Notes: generated by a model from the sequence alone, not told the origin. Counted from the first letter of the stretch, positions 19,369 through 28,133 are shown. The stretch: DNA of 64,000 nt from an uncultured Actinomycetes bacterium (GCA_937875815.1 CALFHU010000097.1:1125-65124), one strand, 5' to 3'. A program made the numbers and translations.

Positions 19369-21086
19369 TGCGCACGGCTTTCATGATGATTGTGGCGAGC
19401 GTTCTATTAGCTGGATGCGGCGTTGGTTCGGGATCATTTGTCGCTCAAGTGCCAACCGATGGTCCAATTGAGCAAGGGCAACTGGTTTCTAATACCAGCG
19501 CGGATCAATTCATTCGAGTGATCGCGCGTCCACCGCGAGCGGGCATGACTCCCAGCGAGATTGTTCAAGGTTTTCTGGAATCCTCAGCATCATTTGATAA
19601 TGATCATGCGGTGGCTCGGAGTTATCTCACCCCAGAAGCATCCGCTGGCTGGGATCCAAGTTCGGGTGTCAGTGTGTATGACGGTGTCCCGGCGTTAGTT
19701 GAAGCGGGTGCGGCCGTGCTATTCAGTGCGACCCTGAACGGGCGCATTTCTGACACGGGACGATACACGGTTGAGGATCCGGGAGCAGAGTTACAACGAA
19801 GTTTTTTTCTGACCCAACGTGACGGCGAATGGCGGCTCCGGCTGGCTCCTTCTGGCCTTTTGCTATCCAACTTTGACGTTAATCGGGCGTATCGAAGTTA
19901 CTCGGTGTATTTCTTTAATCCCAGCTTCCAGACTTTGGTTCCTGACGCCCGGTTAATCCCGGTAATCGGACCGGCATTAGGGACTACCTTGATTCAAAGA
20001 CTGATTGAAGGCCCCAATGACTGGCTGCGGCCGGCAGTGCGAACTGGGTTCCCGGGGGGTGTCACATTGGCGGTAGACGCGGTTCCCATTGAAAATGGAA
20101 TCGCCAGGGTCAACCTCAACGCGAGCGTTGCCTTAGCCAATGACGCAGCTCGGGTCGCTTTGTCACAACAGATTGTATGGACGTTGCGGCAACTCCCCAA
20201 AGTCCAATTCGTGGACATAACGGTGAACGGGGCCCCACTTAGTGTCCCCGGAACCAGCTCACCCCAATCGCGGGATTCTTGGCCCAATGTTGATCCGGGT
20301 GGGCTTGCCAGGGGGTCCGTTGGTTATGCAGCTACAGGCAGCGGAGTGGTGAGGTTGACCGCCGACGGAAACTTTACCGTGGCAGGTGGGTTCGGTGTAG
20401 TCGATGCAGGCCTGAGCAAATTGGCAGTGTCGGCCGATAGCAGACGAGCAATTGCAACGACGACTGCCGGAGAAATTTTTTGGGGTGACCTCCTTGTTGG
20501 GGCTGTGCCGCAACCGCTCCTCACAGGTACCGAAGCCCAATCAATTGCTTTTGATGGTCGAACCAATGCGTGGATTGTCAATGAAAAAGGCGTGGTGCAA
20601 ACCCTTTTGTCAACCGGGGAAACTTTCGACATTGAAATTGACGGATTAGAAGAGGGAGCCTTCGTGCAGGCCGTGGTGCCTTCTCGAGATAGCACCCGCG
20701 CTGCAATCATTGTGTCCACTGAGACTGGATCGGTACTTCTGATTGCCCGCGTGGATCGGCCCTCACCCGCGAATGCGACGCGAATTCGATTGGAAAAACC
20801 AATTCGAGTTGAGTCCAAACTCAGCTCGGTTGTCGGATTGGCCTGGTCGAGTGCAAATACGATTGCGGTGATCGGCAGCGAAACCGCCGGAACTTTACAA
20901 GTCTATGAAATCAATCTTGGCCGTGGCGACATCCAAGCCCAAGGTTCCCCCACCGACCCTGTGTCAATTGCGGCAGCGCCAGGACTTGCGACCCTGGTGA
21001 CATCAGCGGATGGCTCGATATATGAAAACTCGACCGGTACCTGGATTGGACGGATTTCGGGTACTGCCACGGCTTACCCTGGCTAA
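19365..21086 (+). CDS. lpqB: Lipoprotein LpqB
   Basis: Lipobox LLAGC. The start overlaps the mtrB stop by 4 nt (ATGA). Conserved third gene of the mtrAB-lpqB operon. Confidence 0.9.
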   Translation: MMRTAFMMIVASVLLAGCGVGSGSFVAQVPTDGPIEQGQLVSNTSADQFIRVIARPPRAGMTPSEIVQGFLESSASFDNDHAVARSYLTPEASAGWDPSSGVSVYDGVPALVEAGAAVLFSATLNGRISDTGRYTVEDPGAELQRSFFLTQRDGEWRLRLAPSGLLLSNFDVNRAYRSYSVYFFNPSFQTLVPDARLIPVIGPALGTTLIQRLIEGPNDWLRPAVRTGFPGGVTLAVDAVPIENGIARVNLNASVALANDAARVALSQQIVWTLRQLPKVQFVDITVNGAPLSVPGTSSPQSRDSWPNVDPGGLARGSVGYAATGSGVVRLTADGNFTVAGGFGVVDAGLSKLAVSADSRRAIATTTAGEIFWGDLLVGAVPQPLLTGTEAQSIAFDGRTNAWIVNEKGVVQTLLSTGETFDIEIDGLEEGAFVQAVVPSRDSTRAAIIVSTETGSVLLIARVDRPSPANATRIRLEKPIRVESKLSSVVGLAWSSANTIAVIGSETAGTLQVYEINLGRGDIQAQGSPTDPVSIAAAPGLATLVTSADGSIYENSTGTWIGRISGTATAYPG

Positions 21087-21107
21087 ATGCGAAGTATTCC
21101 CGGTGAC

Positions 21108-21803
21108 TCATAATTTTCGGGCTCCGGCTATCGCAGCGCATCCACTCACGTGGACTCCGCTCAGCAGAAGCTGTGAGACCGCGGCAGTGAAGGTTGTACC
21201 ACTCGTGGCGACGTCGTCAATCACAATTGCGGGAATTGGGTTGCGAACGTAGCGATCCGGAATGGCTCTTACCCGAAATGCGTCGTAGGAGGCGTTTTTT
21301 CGATCAGCAGTGCCGAGTGTTTTCGAGCGCCCGGCGGTTCTCTGGTCGATGAGCCAATGCGCGATCGGGTAGCCGGCGCGAGAGAGGTGCCGCGAAATCA
21401 GGACCATCGGGTCAAATCCCCGCGCTCTAACTGAAGCGTCTCGAGACGGAATGGGGATTAAGAGCGGCTTCTGGCTGCCGTCGGGCTCACTCGAGGCCAA
21501 TTGCTGGATCGACCCAGCCAGGAGCATGGACAGCACGCTCGCGAGTTCAGGGATCTGATTGTCTTTGTACCGGTAGATCATTGCGTCAACCGGTGGCCCG
21601 TACCGGTATGCGATCGCCAAGGGGATTCGAAGGTCTTCGGCCAATTCGTCAAAGCGCAAATCGCGCATAATATGGGCGCGGCCGCTGACCTTGTTACGGC
21701 AGGGGGCGCACAAAAGGGTGCCCAGTTCCTCACAGCCGATACATTCTCGTGCGAGAACCAGGTCGCTGAGCTCAGTTGCCAATTTTGGGAGGAATTGCCA
21801 CAT
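21108..21803 (-). CDS. ComF-family phosphoribosyltransferase-domain protein
   Basis: N-terminal Cys4 finger (CIGCEE..LCAPCRN) and a C-terminal PRTase motif (..AIVIDDVATSGTT..). Confidence 0.8.
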   Translation of the reverse strand: MWQFLPKLATELSDLVLARECIGCEELGTLLCAPCRNKVSGRAHIMRDLRFDELAEDLRIPLAIAYRYGPPVDAMIYRYKDNQIPELASVLSMLLAGSIQQLASSEPDGSQKPLLIPIPSRDASVRARGFDPMVLISRHLSRAGYPIAHWLIDQRTAGRSKTLGTADRKNASYDAFRVRAIPDRYVRNPIPAIVIDDVATSGTTFTAAVSQLLLSGVHVSGCAAIAGARKL

Positions 21804-21910
21804 GGGACATGTGTATTGGATCCAGGCTCTGGGTGGCTAGAGGCAATTTGGGCCTGTGGAACTACGATGGCACCTGCTGCTTTATCTAATCGTTACTTGG
21901 AAGGTTTCAC

Positions 21911-24682
21911 GTGGGCGTTCTTGACAAAATTCTTCGGGCCGGCGAAGGCAAGGTATTGCGCAAACTGGAGGGAATCGCGAAGGCGGTCAATGCAATTGAA
22001 TCTGATTTCGTGGATCTCACCGATGAGGAGTTACAAGCCCTCACGCCAGAGTTTAAAGAGCGTTACGCACAGGGTGAGAGTCTCGACGATCTTATGCCAG
22101 AGGCATTTGCAACCGTGCGTGAAGCGGCCAAACGTACATTAGGGCAGCGCCATTACGACGTGCAAATAATGGGTGGAGCGGCGCTGCATCTTGGGAATAT
22201 CGCTGAGATGCGCACAGGTGAAGGCAAAACTTTGGTGTCAACATTGCCGGCCTATTTGAATGCGATTTCTGGCGAGGGCGTTCACGTCGTCACGGTAAAT
22301 GATTACTTGGCTGAGCGTGACTCCGAATGGATGGGTCGGGTCCACCGCTTCCTTGGGTTGGAGGTCGGCACGATTGTGAATAGTATGACATCGGCACAGC
22401 GACGCGAGGCTTACGCTTCAGACATTACTTACGGCACCAATAATGAATTTGGCTTTGATTATCTTCGCGACAATATGGCGTGGTCAGCTGAGGAAATGGT
22501 TCAGCGTGGACACAATTTTGCAGTTGTCGACGAAGTTGACTCAATTCTTGTGGATGAAGCCCGTACGCCACTCATTATTAGTGGACCAGCAGACCAGGCA
22601 ACTGAATGGTACGCAGAGTTTTCGCGGATTGCCAACAAAATGTCGCGTGACAAGCATTATGAAGTTGATGAGAAAAAGAAGACCGTTGGCGTGCTGGAGG
22701 AAGCAATTGACGTTGTCGAAGACGAACTAGGCATTGACAATTTGTACGACACTGTTAACACACCGCTTGTTGGTTATTTGAACAACGCAATTCGAGCGAA
22801 GGAACTGTTCAAAAAGGATCGCGACTACGTGGTCATGGACGGGGAAGTTGTTATTGTTGACGAACACACGGGTCGTATTTTGCGTGGTCGGCGTTACAAT
22901 GAAGGACTGCATCAGTCTCTCGAAGCCAAAGAAAAAGTGGAGATCAAGGCCGAAAATCAAACCTTGGCCACAGTCACACTGCAAAACTTTTTCAGACTGT
23001 ATAACAAATTGAGCGGTATGACCGGCACCGCAATGACCGAGGCGGCCGAGTTTAGCCAGATTTACGGTCTAGGTGTTGTTCCGATTCCGACAAACCGCGA
23101 CATGGTTCGCCAAGACAATGCGGACTTGATCTACCGAACTGCGGGCGCCAAATTCGGAGCGGTTCTCGAGGACATCGTCGAGCGTCATGCGACCGGTCAA
23201 CCAATTTTGATCGGAACGACTAGCGTTGATAAATCCGAAGAGCTTTCGGCGATGTTAAAGAAAAATGGCGTGCCCCATGAGGTGCTCAACGCCAAGCATC
23301 ACGAACGTGAGGCCGCAATCGTCGCGATGGCGGGTCGTCGAAACGCAGTAACGGTGGCAACTAACATGGCTGGCCGAGGCACAGACATCATGCTCGGTGG
23401 CAATGCGGAGGCACTGGCTGCTACAGAGCTAGCTCGCAAAGGGATTGACCCGATCGAGGATCCGCAGGGTTATGAAATCGCCTGGAAGCCCGCTATTGCC
23501 GCTGCTGAAGCTGCGGTCAAGAACGAGCATGAAGAAGTTGTTGGCCTCGGGGGGCTCTACGTATTGAGTACCGAGCGCCATGAGTCGCGCCGGATTGATA
23601 ATCAGTTCCGTGGCCGCTCGGGTCGGCAGGGGGACCCCGGAGAGTCGCAGTTCTATCTCTCCCTTGACGACGACTTAATGAGGCTGTTCAAGGCTGACAT
23701 GGTCAACGCGTTTTTGCAGCGTTTCAATGTGCCCGATGACGTTCCCATTGAAGCCAAGATGGTGTCGAATGCAATTCGTTCTGCACAAAGTCAAGTTGAG
23801 GCGCAGAACTTTGAGATCCGCAAAGATGTTCTCAAATATGACGATGTGCTTAACCGCCAGCGACTCGTTATCTACGATGAGCGGCGCCGGGTTCTGCAGG
23901 GCGAAAATATTGAAGAGCAGGTGCGCGATTTCATCAATGACACTGTGAGTGGTTACGTGAAATCTGTGACCGGCGAGGGATATCCCGAATCATGGGACCT
24001 TGAGAAAATGTGGGATGCCCTTAAGCAGTTGTATCCCGTGAAGATCTCATTGGAAGAAGTGGTTGAAGAGTCAGGTGGGGATATTGGTGGCCTGAGTGCG
24101 GACTTGCTGAACACCGTGCTCGTTGATGACGCAGAGGCTGCTTATGACGCCCGTGAAGAAGAATTGGGTGAGGAAGTCGCTCGCGAGCTTGAACGCCGAG
24201 TTATTCTCTCGGTCCTTGACCGCAAATGGCGAGAGCACCTCTATGAAATGGACTATCTGCGAGACGGAATTGGTTTGCGCGCCATGGCCCAACGTGACCC
24301 ACTGATTGAATACCAACGTGAGGGATTTGATCTTTTTACTGCCATGATGGATTCGATCAAGGAAGAGACTGTCGGTTATCTTTTTCACGTTGAAGTCGAG
24401 GTCACACCTGAAATTGAAGAGGAAGCCGCGGCAGCAATTGAGGGACTTGTTGACGCAACGAGCACGAGCGCTAGTGCAGCGTTGGATGTGCAAGCAAAAG
24501 GCTTAGGTCCGCAGCGGCCGCAGCATCTGGAGTATTCGGCACCTGATGCAGACGGTGGCGTTGTGCACGGGCAGATGGAAGCAGGGGTCAATGGGGAAGA
24601 GGGACTCATTGAAATTGACCCCAACGCAAGCCGGGCCGAACGCCGTCGGGCCGAACGGGCAAACCGCAAAAATGCCGGCTAG
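21911..24682 (+). CDS. secA: Preprotein translocase ATPase SecA
   Basis: Unambiguous SecA sequence: Walker [14 protein letters not shown]-like [20 protein letters not shown], and HEREAAIVA...[10 protein letters not shown]. Confidence 0.98.
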   Translation: MGVLDKILRAGEGKVLRKLEGIAKAVNAIESDFVDLTDEELQALTPEFKERYAQGESLDDLMPEAFATVREAAKRTLGQRHYDVQIMGGAALHLGNIAEMRTGEGKTLVSTLPAYLNAISGEGVHVVTVNDYLAERDSEWMGRVHRFLGLEVGTIVNSMTSAQRREAYASDITYGTNNEFGFDYLRDNMAWSAEEMVQRGHNFAVVDEVDSILVDEARTPLIISGPADQATEWYAEFSRIANKMSRDKHYEVDEKKKTVGVLEEAIDVVEDELGIDNLYDTVNTPLVGYLNNAIRAKELFKKDRDYVVMDGEVVIVDEHTGRILRGRRYNEGLHQSLEAKEKVEIKAENQTLATVTLQNFFRLYNKLSGMTGTAMTEAAEFSQIYGLGVVPIPTNRDMVRQDNADLIYRTAGAKFGAVLEDIVERHATGQPILIGTTSVDKSEELSAMLKKNGVPHEVLNAKHHEREAAIVAMAGRRNAVTVATNMAGRGTDIMLGGNAEALAATELARKGIDPIEDPQGYEIAWKPAIAAAEAAVKNEHEEVVGLGGLYVLSTERHESRRIDNQFRGRSGRQGDPGESQFYLSLDDDLMRLFKADMVNAFLQRFNVPDDVPIEAKMVSNAIRSAQSQVEAQNFEIRKDVLKYDDVLNRQRLVIYDERRRVLQGENIEEQVRDFINDTVSGYVKSVTGEGYPESWDLEKMWDALKQLYPVKISLEEVVEESGGDIGGLSADLLNTVLVDDAEAAYDAREEELGEEVARELERRVILSVLDRKWREHLYEMDYLRDGIGLRAMAQRDPLIEYQREGFDLFTAMMDSIKEETVGYLFHVEVEVTPEIEEEAAAAIEGLVDATSTSASAALDVQAKGLGPQRPQHLEYSAPDADGGVVHGQMEAGVNGEEGLIEIDPNASRAERRRAERANRKNAG

Positions 24683-24699
24683 ATTGACCGTGGTGTTGT

Positions 24700-25320
24700 C
24701 TAGCGCATTTCTATTGCGGTGAGCATCCACTGGCTGCCGATTGCTTCCATGCGTAGTGCAATAGCGTGGGAGCGGGCACTACCAACGAGCACCGCGCTGG
24801 CTTCGATGATGCCCGGTGCAACCTGCATGGCCTGCACTCCTCGGACCTTGCGCAGACGTGAGAGCCCTTTTTGGGCGCGAGTTGCTGGATGTCGGGAGAA
24901 ACTTTGACCCCGCAGGGATAGCAGCGAGAGCTGATCTGGACTCACCCACCGTTTGAGTTGGGCGCTTGGGCGTTCACCGCAAGCCACTTCAAAGACCATG
25001 CGGGCCATGTGCCCGGCCCAACTGATCGGGTGGGGCACCTCCACTAGTTCGCCTTCCTCGTTGGGGACGTGAATATGGCTTGGCATCTTCGTGGGCACTG
25101 GCTCTTGGGTCGAAGGAGCAGGGGGTGCAACGAGCTCAAGTGGCCGGTTTGCCGCCAGGCCTGGAGTGATCTGCCACAGCAGGGCCAGAGGCAACTGTTC
25201 TTTGTAGTCCACGTGATCGGGGATTCCGCCGTTAATGAGCCGCAGGCTCGGCACAGGGGTTCGCGCCAGCGTGCGGACACCAGGGGTGGATTCGCCTTGG
25301 GGGATTAAGTGGTTCGTCAT
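24700..25320 (-). CDS. Rv3235-family (DUF6459-like) protein
   Basis: The C-terminal pattern ..RPSAQLKRWVSPDQ..VRGVQAMQVAPGIIEASAVLVGSARSHAIALRMEAIGSQWMLTAIEM fits the family. Track ORF uses TTG 25359. ATG 25320 has a GAGGA SD 5 nt upstream. Confidence 0.75.
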   Translation of the reverse strand: MTNHLIPQGESTPGVRTLARTPVPSLRLINGGIPDHVDYKEQLPLALLWQITPGLAANRPLELVAPPAPSTQEPVPTKMPSHIHVPNEEGELVEVPHPISWAGHMARMVFEVACGERPSAQLKRWVSPDQLSLLSLRGQSFSRHPATRAQKGLSRLRKVRGVQAMQVAPGIIEASAVLVGSARSHAIALRMEAIGSQWMLTAIEMR

Positions 25321-25450
25321 GTCAGTCCTCACAAATTTTCGCGGTGGATGGTCATACAATTCATTTGTATACGTTTGACTCTGTTTACGGGTGTTTAGTT
25401 ACATGTGCATTATGCAGTTACACCTAGTGTTTTTGTCAAGCCCCAATCTT

Positions 25451-25539
25451 GTTCATATTTGTGTTATACCCAGTTTCGGCATACTTAAACACTTTTTGGC
25501 CAGGAACTGAGTCGGGAAAAGGGGTTTATCCACAGGGTC
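25451..25539 (+). repeat. Direct repeat copy A (pairs with 27088-27176)
   Basis: Ungapped alignment to 27088-27176 gives 79/89 identities. The core 25484-25539 versus 27121-27176 gives 54/56. Contains TTATCCACAGG at 25526-25536. Confidence 0.95.
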
Positions 25540-25735
25540 GCTCATATTTTTCGTTGTCATAAACACAATCGTGTGCGACAGAATCGTTAGCGCCAGGAAT
25601 CAGTGACGAGTGCGTTGCTTGGTGCGCCCTGCGTGCAATCGCTAACGACCGGAATGAGCCAATTCCCGGTACGATTGCAGACATCGAAGTCGGTAATGAC
25701 ATTACACCGCTACTACGCAATGGAAGGAACTGAAC

Positions 25736-25981
25736 GTGAGCGAAACCGGAGAGTCAATAATTCCGAAAAAGTCTTACCGCGAAAAATGGACACCCCGCAA
25801 TTTCCTGCTCAGCGCATTTGTCCTTGTCGTAACGGTCGCCTTTGTGTTTCAGGGAATCAGTTACATCACTGATGGTGTCGGAGCGCTGGTTCCCTACCTC
25901 ATGGTGATCGGCGGACCGGTCCTAGGAATTTTCTATATTTGGTATTTTCTTTTCTATGTCCCCATGCAAACTTCCGAATGA
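25736..25981 (+). CDS. Small two-TM membrane protein (81 aa)
   Basis: GTG start with SD GGAAGGA 7 nt upstream. Two hydrophobic helices (FLLSAFVLVVTVAFVF; VIGGPVLGIFYIWYFLFYV). No family recognised. Confidence 0.55.
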   Translation: MSETGESIIPKKSYREKWTPRNFLLSAFVLVVTVAFVFQGISYITDGVGALVPYLMVIGGPVLGIFYIWYFLFYVPMQTSE

Positions 25982-26028
25982 GAGCGTGTCATTGTTCGAA
26001 TTGAAGATTCACAAAACGCTGGCATACT

Positions 26029-26754
26029 GTGGAGATGAATTGGCATAAGGCTAGAAATTTCGTCGGTATTTTTGCGTGTGCCCTGGCCTTGGTAGTTCCC
26101 ACCGCGAATGCAGATCAGCAGCCGAAGGACCTCGCTAGCCTGTCAATCGCTCAGGGGATTTCCTCAATCCCTTCGGCAAAGCGAGTCGACGTTTACGCGA
26201 ATCAAATTCTAATTGCCCGCGACCTGAACGCCGGTGACCTCCAAACCCGCTCAATCAAGCCCGGCAGTTACCAGATAGTGGTGGTTCCAGCCGGCCTACC
26301 TCGAGTGACGTCGAACCAGTTGATTCGAATCTCGAAACTCACTCTGCAAGCCGGTGAGAACCGAACTCTCGCGCTCCACGCCACAGCAACCAATCGCCCA
26401 GCCAGCTCCGTGTTTACAAACAGAACCCGAACTGTTGGCCAGAACATGGGGCTCATGACTTTCCGGAATATCGCACAAGCACCCACCGTTGGGATTCGCT
26501 CACGCGGTGAACTTCTCATGAAACCCATAGCAAACGGTGAGACCGAGGGCGCCGGCCTTCAATCCGGTAACTACACCATTCGGATAGTCCGCGCGGGAAC
26601 ACGTAAAAAACTCATACCAAGCAGTGTCCACACGATTTCAAATAAACCCGGCCGAAATGACATGGGCAACAACCGAATCGTGTATCTCTGGGGTTCAGAA
26701 AAAGACGGGACCCTCGACCTTATGGTTCAAGACATTCTGCTGGGGCTTGACTAG
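26029..26754 (+). CDS. Secreted DUF4397-like protein
   Basis: Signal peptide (..FACALALVVPTANA/DQ). Two repeats carry the DUF4397-type pattern (VDVYANQILIARDLNAGDLQTRSIKPGSYQIVVVPAG; ..GLQSGNYTIRIVRAG). Confidence 0.6.
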   Translation: MEMNWHKARNFVGIFACALALVVPTANADQQPKDLASLSIAQGISSIPSAKRVDVYANQILIARDLNAGDLQTRSIKPGSYQIVVVPAGLPRVTSNQLIRISKLTLQAGENRTLALHATATNRPASSVFTNRTRTVGQNMGLMTFRNIAQAPTVGIRSRGELLMKPIANGETEGAGLQSGNYTIRIVRAGTRKKLIPSSVHTISNKPGRNDMGNNRIVYLWGSEKDGTLDLMVQDILLGLD

Positions 26755-27083
26755 AAGTTACGCATCGGGAACACATAGTTACTTCTATCCGTGCCGTAGC
26801 TGGAATTCCAATAGTTAAGGCTGTTGCGCACTGACAAACCGATAACGGCTCGGTTGTCATAAGCGATTTGCGTCTCTTCCTTGGACGGGACGAACCAATC
26901 ATTTTGACCACCTATAACCATGCCCTTAACTGTCCTGATTGTTCCGCCACTGCAAGATTTAGCTAGACACGTATTTTGGTAACCCATTCCGATTTCTTCA
27001 CATGGACGCATCTCGCTGACGGTGCTTGTACACAACGGCGCAGAGCCTGTGCTGGCACCATCTTTATGGCAATGGACACCCAT
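26751..27083 (-). CDS. Cys-rich hypothetical protein with weak DUF1566 (Lcl C-terminal)-like features
   Basis: ..GGQNDWFVPSKEETQIAY.. and ..YWNSSYG.. resemble the DW-x-LP-x(2)-EL and YWSS motifs. No signal peptide. Hand-counted GC is 43-52% per 60-nt line. Confidence 0.4.
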   Translation of the reverse strand: MGVHCHKDGASTGSAPLCTSTVSEMRPCEEIGMGYQNTCLAKSCSGGTIRTVKGMVIGGQNDWFVPSKEETQIAYDNRAVIGLSVRNSLNYWNSSYGTDRSNYVFPMRNF

Positions 27084-27087
27084 TCGT

Positions 27088-27176
27088 GTTCATAGTTGTG
27101 TTTCCCCCAACTTGGGCATGCTTAAACACTTTTTGGGCAGGAACTGAGTCGGGAAAAGGCGTTTATCCACAGGGTC
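27088..27176 (+). repeat. Direct repeat copy B (pairs with 25451-25539)
   Basis: See copy A. Contains TTATCCACAGG at 27163-27173. Lies directly upstream of the 27224/27332 ORF and abuts the start of the minus-strand ORF 26751..27083. Confidence 0.95.
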
Positions 27177-27331
27177 ACAAGATTTATTGGCAATCCGACC
27201 GGCCTTCAGCGCAGAATCACAAGGTGGAGATTCCCGAAGTCTGGCTGCAGGCCCAAGCAAGTGTGCAAGCACAATTGGATCAAGAGGCGCTTGCAGAAGC
27301 AGCAGATTTGGCTCAAGCCCAATGGAGTGAC

Positions 27332-27781
27332 ATGACTTTGGCCACTCGCCTGGTCGAGGCACGCGGGCAAAGCGTTGACTTGATGGTTGCTGGGTTGCGG
27401 ACATTCGGGACGCTCAAGGAGGTAAGTGCATCCGAAAAATTTGTATTATTGGAGTGTCGCGAAGGGGAGTCCCAGCGGCCAGGCGAGCAGCTAGTTCGGA
27501 CTTCGTGCATTAACTCAGCGCGTGGCCTACCGCGCGCCCTGGCGCCCGCCAGTGAAGCCCTAGGCAGGGTGCGAATCGGATTTCGAGAGGGTGGCTGGTT
27601 GCGCCGACAGTGGGGAAACCGAGTTCGGATCCGGGTGCCTGGGCTCGAGGATGCTGGGGTGATTGTCGGGCGCGTCGCTGCAGTGGGATACGACTTCATT
27701 GAAATTGACAACAACGAGGTCGGCAACCAGCGGCTAGTCGTGGCACTGGGATCGGTGGTGTCAATTGCGACAGCTGCTTAA
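27332..27781 (+). CDS. Hypothetical protein with two tandem ~45-aa repeats
   Basis: Track ORF 27026..27781 begins inside the repeat and the opposite gene. ATG 27332 (GGAG 4 nt upstream) or in-frame GTG 27224 are plausible starts. Internal duplication: GQSVDLMVAGLRTFGTL..FVLLE versus GNRVRIRVPGLEDAGVI..FIEID. Confidence 0.55.
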   Translation: MTLATRLVEARGQSVDLMVAGLRTFGTLKEVSASEKFVLLECREGESQRPGEQLVRTSCINSARGLPRALAPASEALGRVRIGFREGGWLRRQWGNRVRIRVPGLEDAGVIVGRVAAVGYDFIEIDNNEVGNQRLVVALGSVVSIATAA

Positions 27782-28005
27782 TCGGCCTCTTCGCCTTTAC
27801 CGAACGGGTGGGTCGAAACGAATTCGCGGGTCTGGGCGTACATATTTTCAATATATGCCTCGAGCGCTTGGGCCTCCACACGCCACTGGCCACGCCCACC
27901 AACTTTGATTGCAGGCAATTCGCCGGAACGCACTAATGCGTAGGTTTGGGCAGATGAGATGTTCAGCGTCTCAGCGACATCAGAAAGTGTGAGAAAACGG
28001 GCCAT
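27778..28005 (-). CDS. Excisionase-family helix-turn-helix DNA-binding protein
   Basis: MARFLTLSDVAETLNISSAQTYALVRSGELPAIKVGGRGQWRVEAQALEAYI is the classic TIGR01764-type HTH. Start refined from 28068 to ATG 28005. Confidence 0.85.
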   Translation of the reverse strand: MARFLTLSDVAETLNISSAQTYALVRSGELPAIKVGGRGQWRVEAQALEAYIENMYAQTREFVSTHPFGKGEEAD

Positions 28006-28027
28006 AGCGACATAGTGCCAAAGTTTG

Positions 28028-28062
28028 TGCGCCCGCGCAGCATCCACCCGCCTCCTGTGGAT
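28028..28062 (+). promoter_or_regulatory. Two adjacent small hairpins with C-rich loops in the divergent HTH/SAF intergenic region (operator or 6C-like RNA candidate)
   Basis: Hairpin 1: TGCG(28028-31) / loop CCCG / CGCA(28036-39). Hairpin 2: ATCCAC(28042-47) / loop CCGCCTCCT / GTGGAT(28057-62). The right arm is part of CCTGTGGATAA, the reverse complement of TTATCCACAGG. Confidence 0.3.
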
Positions 28063-28133
28063 AACCATTTCGCATATTTTGGTTTGGGGGAGATAGTGAA
28101 GTCACCGTTGCCAGGACGCGCAGCGGCTGAGAA

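Noticed and set aside
21501-22142. 213-aa plus-strand ORF spanning comF-like (antisense) and the secA start
   Set aside because: It overlaps two well-supported genes and shows no motifs. The secA N-terminus ([13 protein letters not shown]...) starts in another frame at 21911.
25600-25690. Partial resemblance to the guanidine-III (ykkC-III) riboswitch (GACGAG, GGTGCGCC, CCCGGT strings)
   Set aside because: The 3' strand needed to pair with GCGCC (ACGGCGC-like) is absent, the spacing is wrong, and the downstream gene is a 2-TM 81-aa protein rather than an SMR-type exporter.
25321-25735. AT-rich 415-bp intergenic region with a DnaA-type box considered as a replication origin
   Set aside because: There is no dnaA, dnaN or other origin-flanking gene, only one perfect box per region, and no obvious array of boxes plus an AT-rich unwinding element. 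It is more likely a divergent promoter region.
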